From positions 1 through 40,699 of the IMG/VR virus record IMGVR_UViG_3300031519_000063: DNA of 40,699 nucleotides. One strand, 5' to 3'. The DNA comes from a virus. Lineage: Duplodnaviria > Caudoviricetes. The notes under the pieces are model-generated. The model was not told the DNA's origin. It did not search any database and worked only from the letters and a program-made list of their open reading frames with translations. Numbering within the stretch: position 1 is the stretch's first letter; each line of letters starts with the position of its first letter. This document shows, piece by piece, positions 33,198 to 40,699 of the stretch. A program made the translations under genes and the position numbers.

Positions 33198-36100
33198 TTT
33201 TAATTTCCTTCTTGAGTTTTGTAATTTCATTAGATAGGTCTTGTACTGCTTTGACTAGAACGGGAACTAACTTCCCGTAGCTAGCTTCTAGTTTTTCTGG
33301 ATTGTTTTTAAGTACTAGGCTTAGATAGTCTTCAGCACCGGCATCAATCTGTGCTTCATCCAAGTCCTGTGCGATAAATCCAGCTTCCTGCTGACCAACC
33401 TTGGCACCATCACGCATATTCCAAGTAAATTTGACGGGCTTCAGCGTGTTGATGAAGTCGATGCCGAGCGGCAGTTCTTCAATGTCTTTCTTGTCACGAC
33501 GATCTGATAGAGCAGAAATGGTCTGCACTTGGCAGCGCAGCGCGGAAATAGAACTACTACCAAGCGTTATTTCATTACTCACTGTGGCACTACTAGCGTC
33601 TGCAGTCTTGCCGATGCATATATTGTTGGTTGAGGTGGTCGTAGTAGAGCCAGAAGCGGAGCCAATAAAAACATTGGAAACCCCAGTAGTTAGATTCAGG
33701 CCCGAATCCTTACCAACAACCGTGTTCTGTTGTGCCCCGGATGCAACTTTTGGCAGCGAATTTGCTCCAACAGCTATGTTGTTAAATGCAGTATTATTTG
33801 CAGTGCCCTTCCCGGCACCCTCTCCTACATAAGTGTTGCGGGACCCTGTAGTTGCGTAATAGCCACTGTTCGCGCCTAAAAATACATTATTTGTACCGGT
33901 ACTACTATAACCAGCGGTGTAGCCCATATAAATATTCATGGTGCCGTTCTCGTTAGTGTATCCGGCAGACTTGCCAACGGCGGTATTATATTTGACTGCT
34001 GCACCGACTCTGAGAGCATCGGACCCTAACCCAACGGAAAATTGGTCGATGCTCTTAGCATCTGATAGACCATCGATACTTGTTGCACCACCAGCTTCCC
34101 AACCAGCTTCGCCACTAGAGTCAACTGTAAGAACATAATTATCAGTTGCAGTGGTGTCTTTGATTACAAAGTTAATACCGGGGATACGGAACTTAGTTAC
34201 ACTGGCGTTACCAAGAGTGATCTCATTACTTACTGTGGCACTAGAGGCTTCAGCATCATAGCCAAGAAACGTATTGTTGGTACCAGTAGTTGTGGTATTA
34301 CCTGCATTAAAGCCGAGATAACTATTACGGTACCCAGAAGTAGTAGCAAGTCCAGCCTTCCAGCCCACGGCGGTGTTTTGCTCTCCGGTAGTGATCCCTG
34401 TTAATGCGTTGTCGCCAACAGCGACCATATACTGAGCACCTGTAGTAGTACTGCCAGATACGCCATACCCCGCCTTATAACCTATAAGAGTGTTACTCGT
34501 ACCCGGATTAAACCGCCCTGCATAATACCCAACAAAAGTGTTATTACTGGTGGTAGTTGGACCACTAGCATCACCGGCATCCCTGCCGATCATAGTATTA
34601 CCGGACCCGGTTGTAATTTTTGAACCTGCGTTATAACCGAGAAAGGTATTACTTCCCCCAGTAGAGTTTCTTATACCAGCATTCATGCCAACGCCTGTAT
34701 TGCCTGCCCCTGTTGTATTATCGAGTAAACTGTCAGTGCCTAAGGCGGCATTATTTGTCCCGGTTGTATTATTTTTAAGCGCAGCAGAGCCTACCGCAGT
34801 AAGATATGTGGCGCTAAGAGAGCCACTACTTAACGTATCATACCCAAGCGCTGTAGTACCGGTCCCACCCTTCTTACCTGCATCATAGCCGATCATGACA
34901 GAATTTGAGCTAGTGGAAGTGGCACCAGCACCTCGACCAAAAGCAGTGTTGTTGTGTGTTGTCACAATAGATTTTAAAGCATCAACGCCCATTGCCGTAT
35001 TGCCGTATGCAGTCGTTGCTCCTGAAAGAGCCTGATAACCAACGGCTGTGCTATAACCAAAACTTGTGGTCATACTATCCATTGCCTGATAACCAACGGC
35101 TGTATTAAATGCCGCTGTTGTAGCGTCATTAAGTGCCTGATAACCAACGGCTGTATTGTTATTTGCGCTGCCATCATCTGCCGCAAGAGCACCAGTACCA
35201 AGACCAATGGTTGCACCACTTGAATTGGTAAGAGCATCTGACAAGCCGTCGATATCAGTGGCACCACCAGCAGCCGCTTGGAATGTGGGGGCTACCCCTG
35301 ATCCATTCGAGGTCAGAACATGTCCATCAGTCCCGACCGCCGTGGCAGCAATTGCACCTGTCCCAGCACCGTAGAGGATGCCGTTAGCGGCAAACGTCCC
35401 AGCACCTGTACCACCTTGAGCAACAGCAAGATCGGTACCTAGAGTTAGTGCACCGGCGATGTCCACCGCGCCTGAGAAATCACCCGTTGCCGCGTCTAGC
35501 TCGCCACTTAAAGTGATGTTAGTCGCACCGGTAATGGCACCACTCAGCGCGACGGCACCGTTGATATCTATAGTTGTAGCTGCAATCTGAATCTCTGTAT
35601 CTGCAACGATATCAAGTTGGCCGTCAGCAGATGAGTTAAGGTATATAGCTGCGTCACGGAACTGTATCTTATTTGCAGCAGCTATCGTCGTCGCAGCAGC
35701 TATATTAACAGCCCCATCAATGTCCACGACATCTAGGTTGGTTGTTCCGGCAACGTCTAAGGCACCGTCTATGTCCACCGCGCCTGAGAAATCACCCGTT
35801 GCTGCGTCAAGTTCTCCGCTTAGGGTTATATTGGTTGCACCAGTAATGGCACCACTCAGCGCGACGGCTCCATTAATATCAATAGTGGTTGCATTAATCT
35901 CAATTTCTGTGTCGGACACTAAATCCAATACGCCGTCTGCGCTTTGATGGATGTATGTGCCTGAATCACCAAATTGTAATTGTCTTGTACTATTGAGTAA
36001 TAAACCGGTATCGGCAACATGCGTCAGTGTGACATCTTGGTCATCACCAAAGGCTGCAACAGCGCCGTCAGCAAGATATAAGTCGCTAAACTCTAGAGCC

Positions 36101-36705
36101 GTTGTACCAAGGGCTGCGCCATCTGAGGCATCAGGAACAAAAGCTGTAGTTGCAGTTATTGTTGTACCTTGAATAGTAGACGAGCCTGTTAACGCGCCAC
36201 CTATAGTTACTGCACCGTCAATCGCCGCTGCACCGGTAACTTCCAGAGTTGCAATCTGGAGATCTGACAGAGCATTTACTACCGCTGCCCCAGAACCCGC
36301 GCCATCGCAATAAATAACTACGTTTTTACCATTCTGGACAGTCACATTTGCGCCAGAACCCTGCGATAAAATCAGTGACTGACTACCACTAGTAGCATTT
36401 TCGATGATAAACCAAGCAGGTGCGGTATTTGGAGCTATTGTAATTGTGCAAGCAGAATCCAAAGCTCCCGTGAATTTAACGACACGATACATTCCATCCT
36501 GAAGGTTCTCAGTACCTGAGCCGGGAGACGCCTCTCGAACAGTCAAAGTAGCCGTATCTGCATTTGTTGTTATGGCTACGGCCTTATACGAGGCTATCCT
36601 GTCAAGGATATCGAGGTTATGGTTTGTTGTATCGCCCCACGCCCCGTCCTGTTCACCAGAACCGATTTTCTCTATGCCAAAACCTGTTGTATATGTCGAT
36701 GCCAT
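33190..36705 (-). CDS. Tail fibre/spike with YadA-head-like NTAVG repeats and C-terminal peptidase S74 intramolecular chaperone
   Basis: N-terminal anchor MASTYT..GIEKI..GEQ.G.WG.TTN.N; many ~14-aa N(T)x[VLI]GxxA repeats; SDRRDKKDI...GFIAQD...LVKAVQDL. Confidence 0.9.
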   Translation of the reverse strand: MASTYTTGFGIEKIGSGEQDGAWGDTTNHNLDILDRIASYKAVAITTNADTATLTVREASPGSGTENLQDGMYRVVKFTGALDSACTITIAPNTAPAWFIIENATSGSQSLILSQGSGANVTVQNGKNVVIYCDGAGSGAAVVNALSDLQIATLEVTGAAAIDGAVTIGGALTGSSTIQGTTITATTAFVPDASDGAALGTTALEFSDLYLADGAVAAFGDDQDVTLTHVADTGLLLNSTRQLQFGDSGTYIHQSADGVLDLVSDTEIEINATTIDINGAVALSGAITGATNITLSGELDAATGDFSGAVDIDGALDVAGTTNLDVVDIDGAVNIAAATTIAAANKIQFRDAAIYLNSSADGQLDIVADTEIQIAATTIDINGAVALSGAITGATNITLSGELDAATGDFSGAVDIAGALTLGTDLAVAQGGTGAGTFAANGILYGAGTGAIAATAVGTDGHVLTSNGSGVAPTFQAAAGGATDIDGLSDALTNSSGATIGLGTGALAADDGSANNNTAVGYQALNDATTAAFNTAVGYQAMDSMTTSFGYSTAVGYQALSGATTAYGNTAMGVDALKSIVTTHNNTAFGRGAGATSTSSNSVMIGYDAGKKGGTGTTALGYDTLSSGSLSATYLTAVGSAALKNNTTGTNNAALGTDSLLDNTTGAGNTGVGMNAGIRNSTGGSNTFLGYNAGSKITTGSGNTMIGRDAGDASGPTTTSNNTFVGYYAGRFNPGTSNTLIGYKAGYGVSGSTTTGAQYMVAVGDNALTGITTGEQNTAVGWKAGLATTSGYRNSYLGFNAGNTTTTGTNNTFLGYDAEASSATVSNEITLGNASVTKFRIPGINFVIKDTTATDNYVLTVDSSGEAGWEAGGATSIDGLSDAKSIDQFSVGLGSDALRVGAAVKYNTAVGKSAGYTNENGTMNIYMGYTAGYSSTGTNNVFLGANSGYYATTGSRNTYVGEGAGKGTANNTAFNNIAVGANSLPKVASGAQQNTVVGKDSGLNLTTGVSNVFIGSASGSTTTTSTNNICIGKTADASSATVSNEITLGSSSISALRCQVQTISALSDRRDKKDIEELPLGIDFINTLKPVKFTWNMRDGAKVGQQEAGFIAQDLDEAQIDAGAEDYLSLVLKNNPEKLEASYGKLVPVLVKAVQDLSNEITKLKKEIKNG

Positions 36706-36724
36706 GATTCTTCCTTAAACTATC

Positions 36725-36733
36725 ATTATAACA
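36725..36733 (-). promoter_or_regulatory. Extended -10 promoter (TGTTATAAT) upstream of the tail fibre gene
   Basis: Perfect TGnTATAAT on the - strand in an AT-rich spacer, 19 nt before the ATG, with AAGGA SD in between; no convincing -35. Confidence 0.5.
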
Positions 36734-36783
36734 TATTACTACTAGTATATTTAAACGCCAACAATATTCTGCCATCCAGGTGT

Positions 36784-37293
36784 CTATGTAGTACTTATAG
36801 CTGCCCAACTAGGTACTTGCGTAGTATCTACGTCACTCCAGAGAAGTACAGTACCGATACCCCCAGTAGCACTAACTCCAGTAACTATAACATCTGCACC
36901 AATTGAAGCAGTTACAGAACCAAGAGCAGAAGTGCCAGCTACCCCCGTTACACTAAATACAGCGGCGGCAATAACAGTCTCAGAACCAAGAGCCGAAGTA
37001 CCAGCTACCCCCGTTACAGAAACCGTTGCTCCAGCTACAACAGTTTCAGAGCCAAGAGCAGAAGTACCAGCTACCCCCGTTACACTAAATACAGCGGCGG
37101 CAATAACAGTCTCAGAGCCAAGAGCAGAAGTGCCAGCTACCCCAGTTACAGAAACCGTTGCCCCAGTGGTAACAGTCTCAGAGCCAAGAGCAGAAGTACC
37201 AGCTACCCCCGTTACAATTACAGGTAACTCTGTATTCCAAGCACCCTGACCGTAAGTACCTCGCCCAAAACCACTTATATCTGAGTTCGACAT
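36784..37293 (-). CDS. Repetitive beta-strand structural (fibre-like) protein
   Basis: GFGRGTYGQGAW N-terminal motif; 22-aa repeats xSVTGVAGTSALGSETVxxxAx. Confidence 0.8.
   Translation of the reverse strand: MSNSDISGFGRGTYGQGAWNTELPVIVTGVAGTSALGSETVTTGATVSVTGVAGTSALGSETVIAAAVFSVTGVAGTSALGSETVVAGATVSVTGVAGTSALGSETVIAAAVFSVTGVAGTSALGSVTASIGADVIVTGVSATGGIGTVLLWSDVDTTQVPSWAAISTT
36860..37216 (-). repeat. 66-nt coding tandem repeat, 5 copies plus 1 degenerate, alternating A/B types
   Basis: ccaagagc anchors at 36920, 36986, 37052, 37118 and 37184. Confidence 0.95.
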
Positions 37294-37309
37294 AATTGGC
37301 CCTATAAAG

Positions 37310-37738
37310 CTATGCTATACGTATAATAGCGTTACTTGCGTCTGCTGCAGGGAACTGAATAGTAAAATCACCTGCGGTGGAAGTTTTATCCGCCCCAAAA
37401 TCAAGTACAGCAACGGCTTTATCAGAATCAGTATCGTTATAAATCAAAGCTCCCCGCGCTGTAATCGTAGCACTACTCCAAGTAGTATTAGCAAAATCCG
37501 TAAACCCGGTAGTACCACTACTTGATGGGTCAACTCTTGTTAACGTATTGCCCCCTGCGGTGTACCCCGTACCAGATATTTCATTAGTCGCGCTATACGC
37601 AGTGGTTGCAGCACCTAAACTTGCGCTAGAGGTGTAGAGAGCTATCTTAAAGGTATCTCCACCACTATTTTTAAAATTATGCACAGCCTCTAAAAGCTCT
37701 TTCTTAAAAGAAGTACACATTGCTTGTGAAATCGCCAT
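37310..37738 (-). CDS. Conserved phage virion structural protein
   Basis: MAISQAMCTSFKKELL...FKIALYTS...GYTAGG...TARGALIYN...AVLDFG pattern; GGAG SD. Confidence 0.8.
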   Translation of the reverse strand: MAISQAMCTSFKKELLEAVHNFKNSGGDTFKIALYTSSASLGAATTAYSATNEISGTGYTAGGNTLTRVDPSSSGTTGFTDFANTTWSSATITARGALIYNDTDSDKAVAVLDFGADKTSTAGDFTIQFPAADASNAIIRIA

Positions 37739-37747
37739 AACCTACTC

Positions 37748-38377
37748 CTATCCTACAGCTTGTCTATATTGTCCTGAACGGTACGCATCTTCTCGTAACT
37801 TACCATCTCCAAGATTTTTAAGTAACCCTAAAGCATGTACATAGAAACCCTGATAATTAGATATTGTATCAGGTTCTCCTTTCATAAATCGTATAGCCTC
37901 AATCAAAGCACCATTCAATAACGCAGAGTCAAACTCATCCCCTAACCATGTAGTGCCAGCAGTTACAATGGATTCAGGATAGTATCCGTAATGAAGTTCG
38001 ACATCGAATGCGCTATTGGGAGTTGGACCTACTATAAGGCTAGTAGCACTAAAATAAGCATAATGTGTAGGTGTACCCGTAGTTGCAGGGTTAGGAAAAG
38101 CCTCACGTATAAAGTTTACATCTTTATTGATAAGGAAAGTATACGCCCCCGCATCACTTATTGCTGCTAAACTATAAGTATATAAAAAATCATCGGGGAC
38201 CGTTAAGAACTTATTACTAGAAGTTAAAACTCCGGTAACATTCCTTCGCAGGGCGGGTATCTGTACACTATTATATATCTTCTGTTCTGCTTGATCCGTA
38301 AACAAAGCAAGCTGCGCATCTGTGAAGGTATTTTCACAAATATCTTGGATATCCTCTTTTAGATCCGTGTAATTCAT
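37748..38377 (-). CDS. Head-tail adaptor / tail tubular protein A-like
   Basis: MNYTDLK..IQD...F..QAEQKIY helical start, GTPTHYA...VGPTPN beta core and LLNGAL.EA helix. Confidence 0.7.
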   Translation of the reverse strand: MNYTDLKEDIQDICENTFTDAQLALFTDQAEQKIYNSVQIPALRRNVTGVLTSSNKFLTVPDDFLYTYSLAAISDAGAYTFLINKDVNFIREAFPNPATTGTPTHYAYFSATSLIVGPTPNSAFDVELHYGYYPESIVTAGTTWLGDEFDSALLNGALIEAIRFMKGEPDTISNYQGFYVHALGLLKNLGDGKLREDAYRSGQYRQAVG

Positions 38378-38391
38378 AGTTTACCAACCTT

Positions 38392-38745
38392 TTAGGAAGT
38401 AGTTACCACAACTTGCCCTACAAACCCAGAACCAATAATAGGTGTAATAGCCTGCAGCCCTACAGGATTCGGCCCTCCCGAAGAGTTAATGGCTACAATC
38501 TGTGCCCTACTTTGAGCATAACCCGCAAAATCAGGTCTAGGGTCTCGTATAGCCTGCGGATCATCTACTGGGTACATACCCAACTCAAGTTGAGGATGAT
38601 CTGGGTCCCAGCACGTAGGACAAGCCTTTAAGTTAGTAGTAATGCCCTTTTTTGTAAGCTTACGCAGCTTAACTAGCTTATACCTAAACCCACAAATATC
38701 ACATTCCGCGAGGGCATTCTTACCTGATGCAAATCTAACGGACAT
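38392..38745 (-). CDS. Zn-binding (CxxC...CxxC) conserved phage protein
   Basis: CDICGFRY...CPTCWDPDHPQL...DPQAIRDPRPD. Confidence 0.75.
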   Translation of the reverse strand: MSVRFASGKNALAECDICGFRYKLVKLRKLTKKGITTNLKACPTCWDPDHPQLELGMYPVDDPQAIRDPRPDFAGYAQSRAQIVAINSSGGPNPVGLQAITPIIGSGFVGQVVVTTS

Positions 38746-38755
38746 CTAACAAAAC

Positions 38756-38941
38756 CTATTTACTACCCTGTTCTTTCATAAATATCCCGGCTACGACTGT
38801 AACAGCAGCAGCGCCCAAAAAGTATAGCCCCCCTGCAGGGATACACATGGAGAGAATAAGAGCGCCTACACCAACAGCGATCCATGAAGTTGGTTCCACA
38901 ACCCTATTCCTAACCCAATCTACAACTACAGCTACATCCAT
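38756..38941 (-). CDS. Small two-TM membrane protein, holin candidate
   Basis: RxxEPTSW motif followed by two hydrophobic helices and a short charged tail; AGGAG SD. Confidence 0.55.
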   Translation of the reverse strand: MDVAVVVDWVRNRVVEPTSWIAVGVGALILSMCIPAGGLYFLGAAAVTVVAGIFMKEQGSK

Positions 38942-39027
38942 AACTAACTCCTACCACTAACTAAAATATAAATATTAACTTTACTACTAAGGCCATATCT
39001 TCAACATATATACCACAATATGCGTAT

Positions 39028-39714
39028 TCATATCCTAGAAATTTTAGGTACAAACCTTGCCGAAGATTTTTCTCTATCTTCTCCAGCGGCAAGACCAAAT
39101 TGAAATTCATAATCAGCCTTCAGCATTTCAATCCTAGGTGCAAGATCAGGTGATTTCATAGCAATGTTATATGCTAACCCTGCCACTAAACAAGGAAGGA
39201 ACCGGAAATTCATGTCTGCGGTTTCTATACCACCACCAGCATCTTCTATTCTACGCATACGCCAATAGACAAAGGTATAGTCATTACTATCTGGTACAGG
39301 CCAAACATTGATCTTAGGTGCATCAACGAGCCTCTCTATCCACACCTGAATAGGTCTACCGCGTGAAAGTTTATTGGGTATAGAGGCAAAAGTACTTACA
39401 CTAATACGACTAATATTAATGTCAGACTGTCTTGTTGTACTACCACTATTCGTACGAATAGCTTGTTCTAATAAATCTATAGTGTCAGAAGGGAGCGTAT
39501 ACTGGGAGGTACCTGTTGTTAAAGCCACTGTACCAGAATCTATAGTCCACAGATTTATACCCCTATTCTGCCATTCTATAGTAAGGAGATTCATTGACCG
39601 GCGAGCAGTACGGAGATCATACCCCGAACGCATTTCACTACCTGCACGCTCCCACGCTTCTTCAGCGATCTCCGTGAAGTTCATATCAAATGCAGTTGTA
39701 CCTGACGTAGCCAT
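39028..39714 (-). CDS. Second head-tail adaptor-like protein
   Basis: MATSGTTAF....EIAEEAWERAG...ARRSMNLL..EWQNRG.NLW; GRPIQVW...VWPVPD; FLPCLVAGLAY. Confidence 0.7.
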   Translation of the reverse strand: MATSGTTAFDMNFTEIAEEAWERAGSEMRSGYDLRTARRSMNLLTIEWQNRGINLWTIDSGTVALTTGTSQYTLPSDTIDLLEQAIRTNSGSTTRQSDINISRISVSTFASIPNKLSRGRPIQVWIERLVDAPKINVWPVPDSNDYTFVYWRMRRIEDAGGGIETADMNFRFLPCLVAGLAYNIAMKSPDLAPRIEMLKADYEFQFGLAAGEDREKSSARFVPKISRI

Positions 39715-40118
39715 TATGACTTCCTATATTTAGCCGTTTTCTTAGCTATCTTCTTTGGCTGCTTCACGAACTGCTTCCCGGCAGCAGTCCCCTGGCGCTT
39801 TGCTCGCGTGGTCGCTGCATACTCCTTCGAGGATAACGATTTTATGGCCTTCTCCGGTAAGTATCGTTCGCCCGTCTTCTTCGATGGTTTTCCTGACTTC
39901 GTTTTCCATTTCTGCTTTGTCCACTTCGACAGTTTATTACTAGATTTCTTCCTACCTTCGTACGATCCGCCAGCATCTTTATAATACTTAGTAGCAAGTT
40001 GCATAGCTCTAGCCGAATGTTTACCGCCCATCTTGGCTTTAGCTCGTGACTTAGCTTTAGCCCATTTAGCAGGATCACGTTTAGTAGCTACACCACCTGA
40101 CTTATAGTATTGACGCAT
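39714..40118 (-). CDS. Highly basic protein, DUF5872-like
   Basis: HSARAMQLA...YKDAGGSY...LSKWTKQKWKTKSGKPS..TGERYLP. Confidence 0.7.
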   Translation of the reverse strand: MRQYYKSGGVATKRDPAKWAKAKSRAKAKMGGKHSARAMQLATKYYKDAGGSYEGRKKSSNKLSKWTKQKWKTKSGKPSKKTGERYLPEKAIKSLSSKEYAATTRAKRQGTAAGKQFVKQPKKIAKKTAKYRKS

Positions 40119-40411
40119 TAAGACCCCTTCATCTTAACCATCTTAGCGGGACGAACACCTTTTATAGCTTTACCCGCACCGCGAACTGTACCGCCCTTTT
40201 TATACTTCATCATACCGCCCATATTCTTCTTTACGGGCTTTTTCTTTTCCTTCTTTTTTGGCTTCTTTTTTGATTTCGAATCTTCTTCTGTGGCCCCTTC
40301 GGGTACAGTAATGTTATCGAAGTCCATCATATTTTGCTTATCATATTGGGTAGTATCCAACTTCGACGTACCGCCCTCGACGTACTTCATAGGGCCTTTT
40401 CTCATATCCAT
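40118..40411 (-). CDS. Lys-rich hypothetical protein with repeated (Y/M)xxGG motifs
   Basis: MKYVEGG, KKNMGGMMKYKKGGTVRGAG.A.KG; AAGGA SD; TAATG coupling. Confidence 0.7.
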   Translation of the reverse strand: MDMRKGPMKYVEGGTSKLDTTQYDKQNMMDFDNITVPEGATEEDSKSKKKPKKKEKKKPVKKNMGGMMKYKKGGTVRGAGKAIKGVRPAKMVKMKGS

Positions 40412-40424
40412 ATCAAACTTCCTT

Positions 40425-40688
40425 TCAACATTTCCAGCGTTTCCTAGCCTGTCTAAGACGGCTATTTGGATCTTTAGCTGCTTTAGGGAACTTCTTCATC
40501 TGTCCTGCACTACGAGCGCAATAAGATTTACGTCGGTTAGCAGATTTACTACCGGGTTTAACTTTGCCTGTCACAGCCGTCTTTAGTTTACTACCGGGAT
40601 TCTTACTACGGTAAGAAGCTACCCCCGCTCTAGTCATCCCTGCGCCAGATTTAGTAGAGCGAAAGTTCTTCTTATTCCTAGCAGGCAT
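40425..40688 (-). CDS. Highly basic small protein, DUF6321-like
   Basis: GMT..GV..YR..NPGSKLKTAV...RRKSYCARS.G......KDPNSRL......WKC. Confidence 0.7.
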   Translation of the reverse strand: MPARNKKNFRSTKSGAGMTRAGVASYRSKNPGSKLKTAVTGKVKPGSKSANRRKSYCARSAGQMKKFPKAAKDPNSRLRQARKRWKC

Positions 40689-40699
40689 ATTGTCTGGCT

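Larger units (their letters stand above)
1..40699. mobile_element. Bacteriophage genome fragment (Caudoviricetes, podovirus-like organisation)
   Basis: Dense, overlapping ORFs in two convergent blocks: a PolA/SNF2/primase-helicase replication module and a tail/ejection/lysis module. No host housekeeping genes are present. Confidence 0.95.

Noticed and set aside
33190-36705. Diversity-generating retroelement target in the tail fibre
   Set aside because: No reverse transcriptase is present; the duplicated segments are both coding and differences are not adenine-specific.
36860-37216. 66-nt periodic repeat resembling a CRISPR array
   Set aside because: The period is a multiple of 3 inside an ORF, variation is mostly at synonymous sites, the would-be spacers repeat one another, and there is no cas operon or leader.
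1-40699. Stop-codon reassignment, introns or inteins
   Set aside because: Genes are full length and tightly coupled under the standard bacterial code, with TAA, TAG and TGA all used as stops; PolA, helicase and primase show no large insertions.

Overview
The whole window is a fragment of a tailed dsDNA phage genome, most likely podovirus-like. A GcrA homologue and an overlapping spanin pair suggest a Gram-negative, probably alphaproteobacterial, host. There are two convergent arms that meet at an intrinsic terminator near 10.33-10.37 kb. The + arm (1-10.3 kb) is a replication module: partial GcrA-like regulator, Leu762-type family A DNA polymerase, a second GcrA/Myb-like HTH, PD-(D/E)XK nuclease, HNH-like protein, SNF2 helicase, excisionase-like HTH, two ssDNA-binding-type proteins and an AEP primase/DUF927 helicase. 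The - arm (10.4-40.7 kb) is structural. It holds an ~18 kb cassette of five putative ejection proteins (including 2180-aa and 2677-aa giants), a tail nozzle, spanins, a tail fibre with an S74 chaperone, two adaptor-like proteins and small, very basic proteins. Terminase, portal, capsid, integrase and endolysin are not recognisable in this window. The most unexplained signals are: (i) every sizeable intergenic spacer of the replication arm folds into a defined structure and carries C-rich (YTCCC) motifs, including a pseudoknot, a three-way junction and a candidate sRNA; (ii) a short (M/Y/F/A)xxGG motif is shared by many virion-module proteins; (iii) the 2677-aa protein contains a mosaic 87-aa repeat array followed by a dockerin-like Ca-binding loop. 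All family calls are by motif recognition only; no searches were run.
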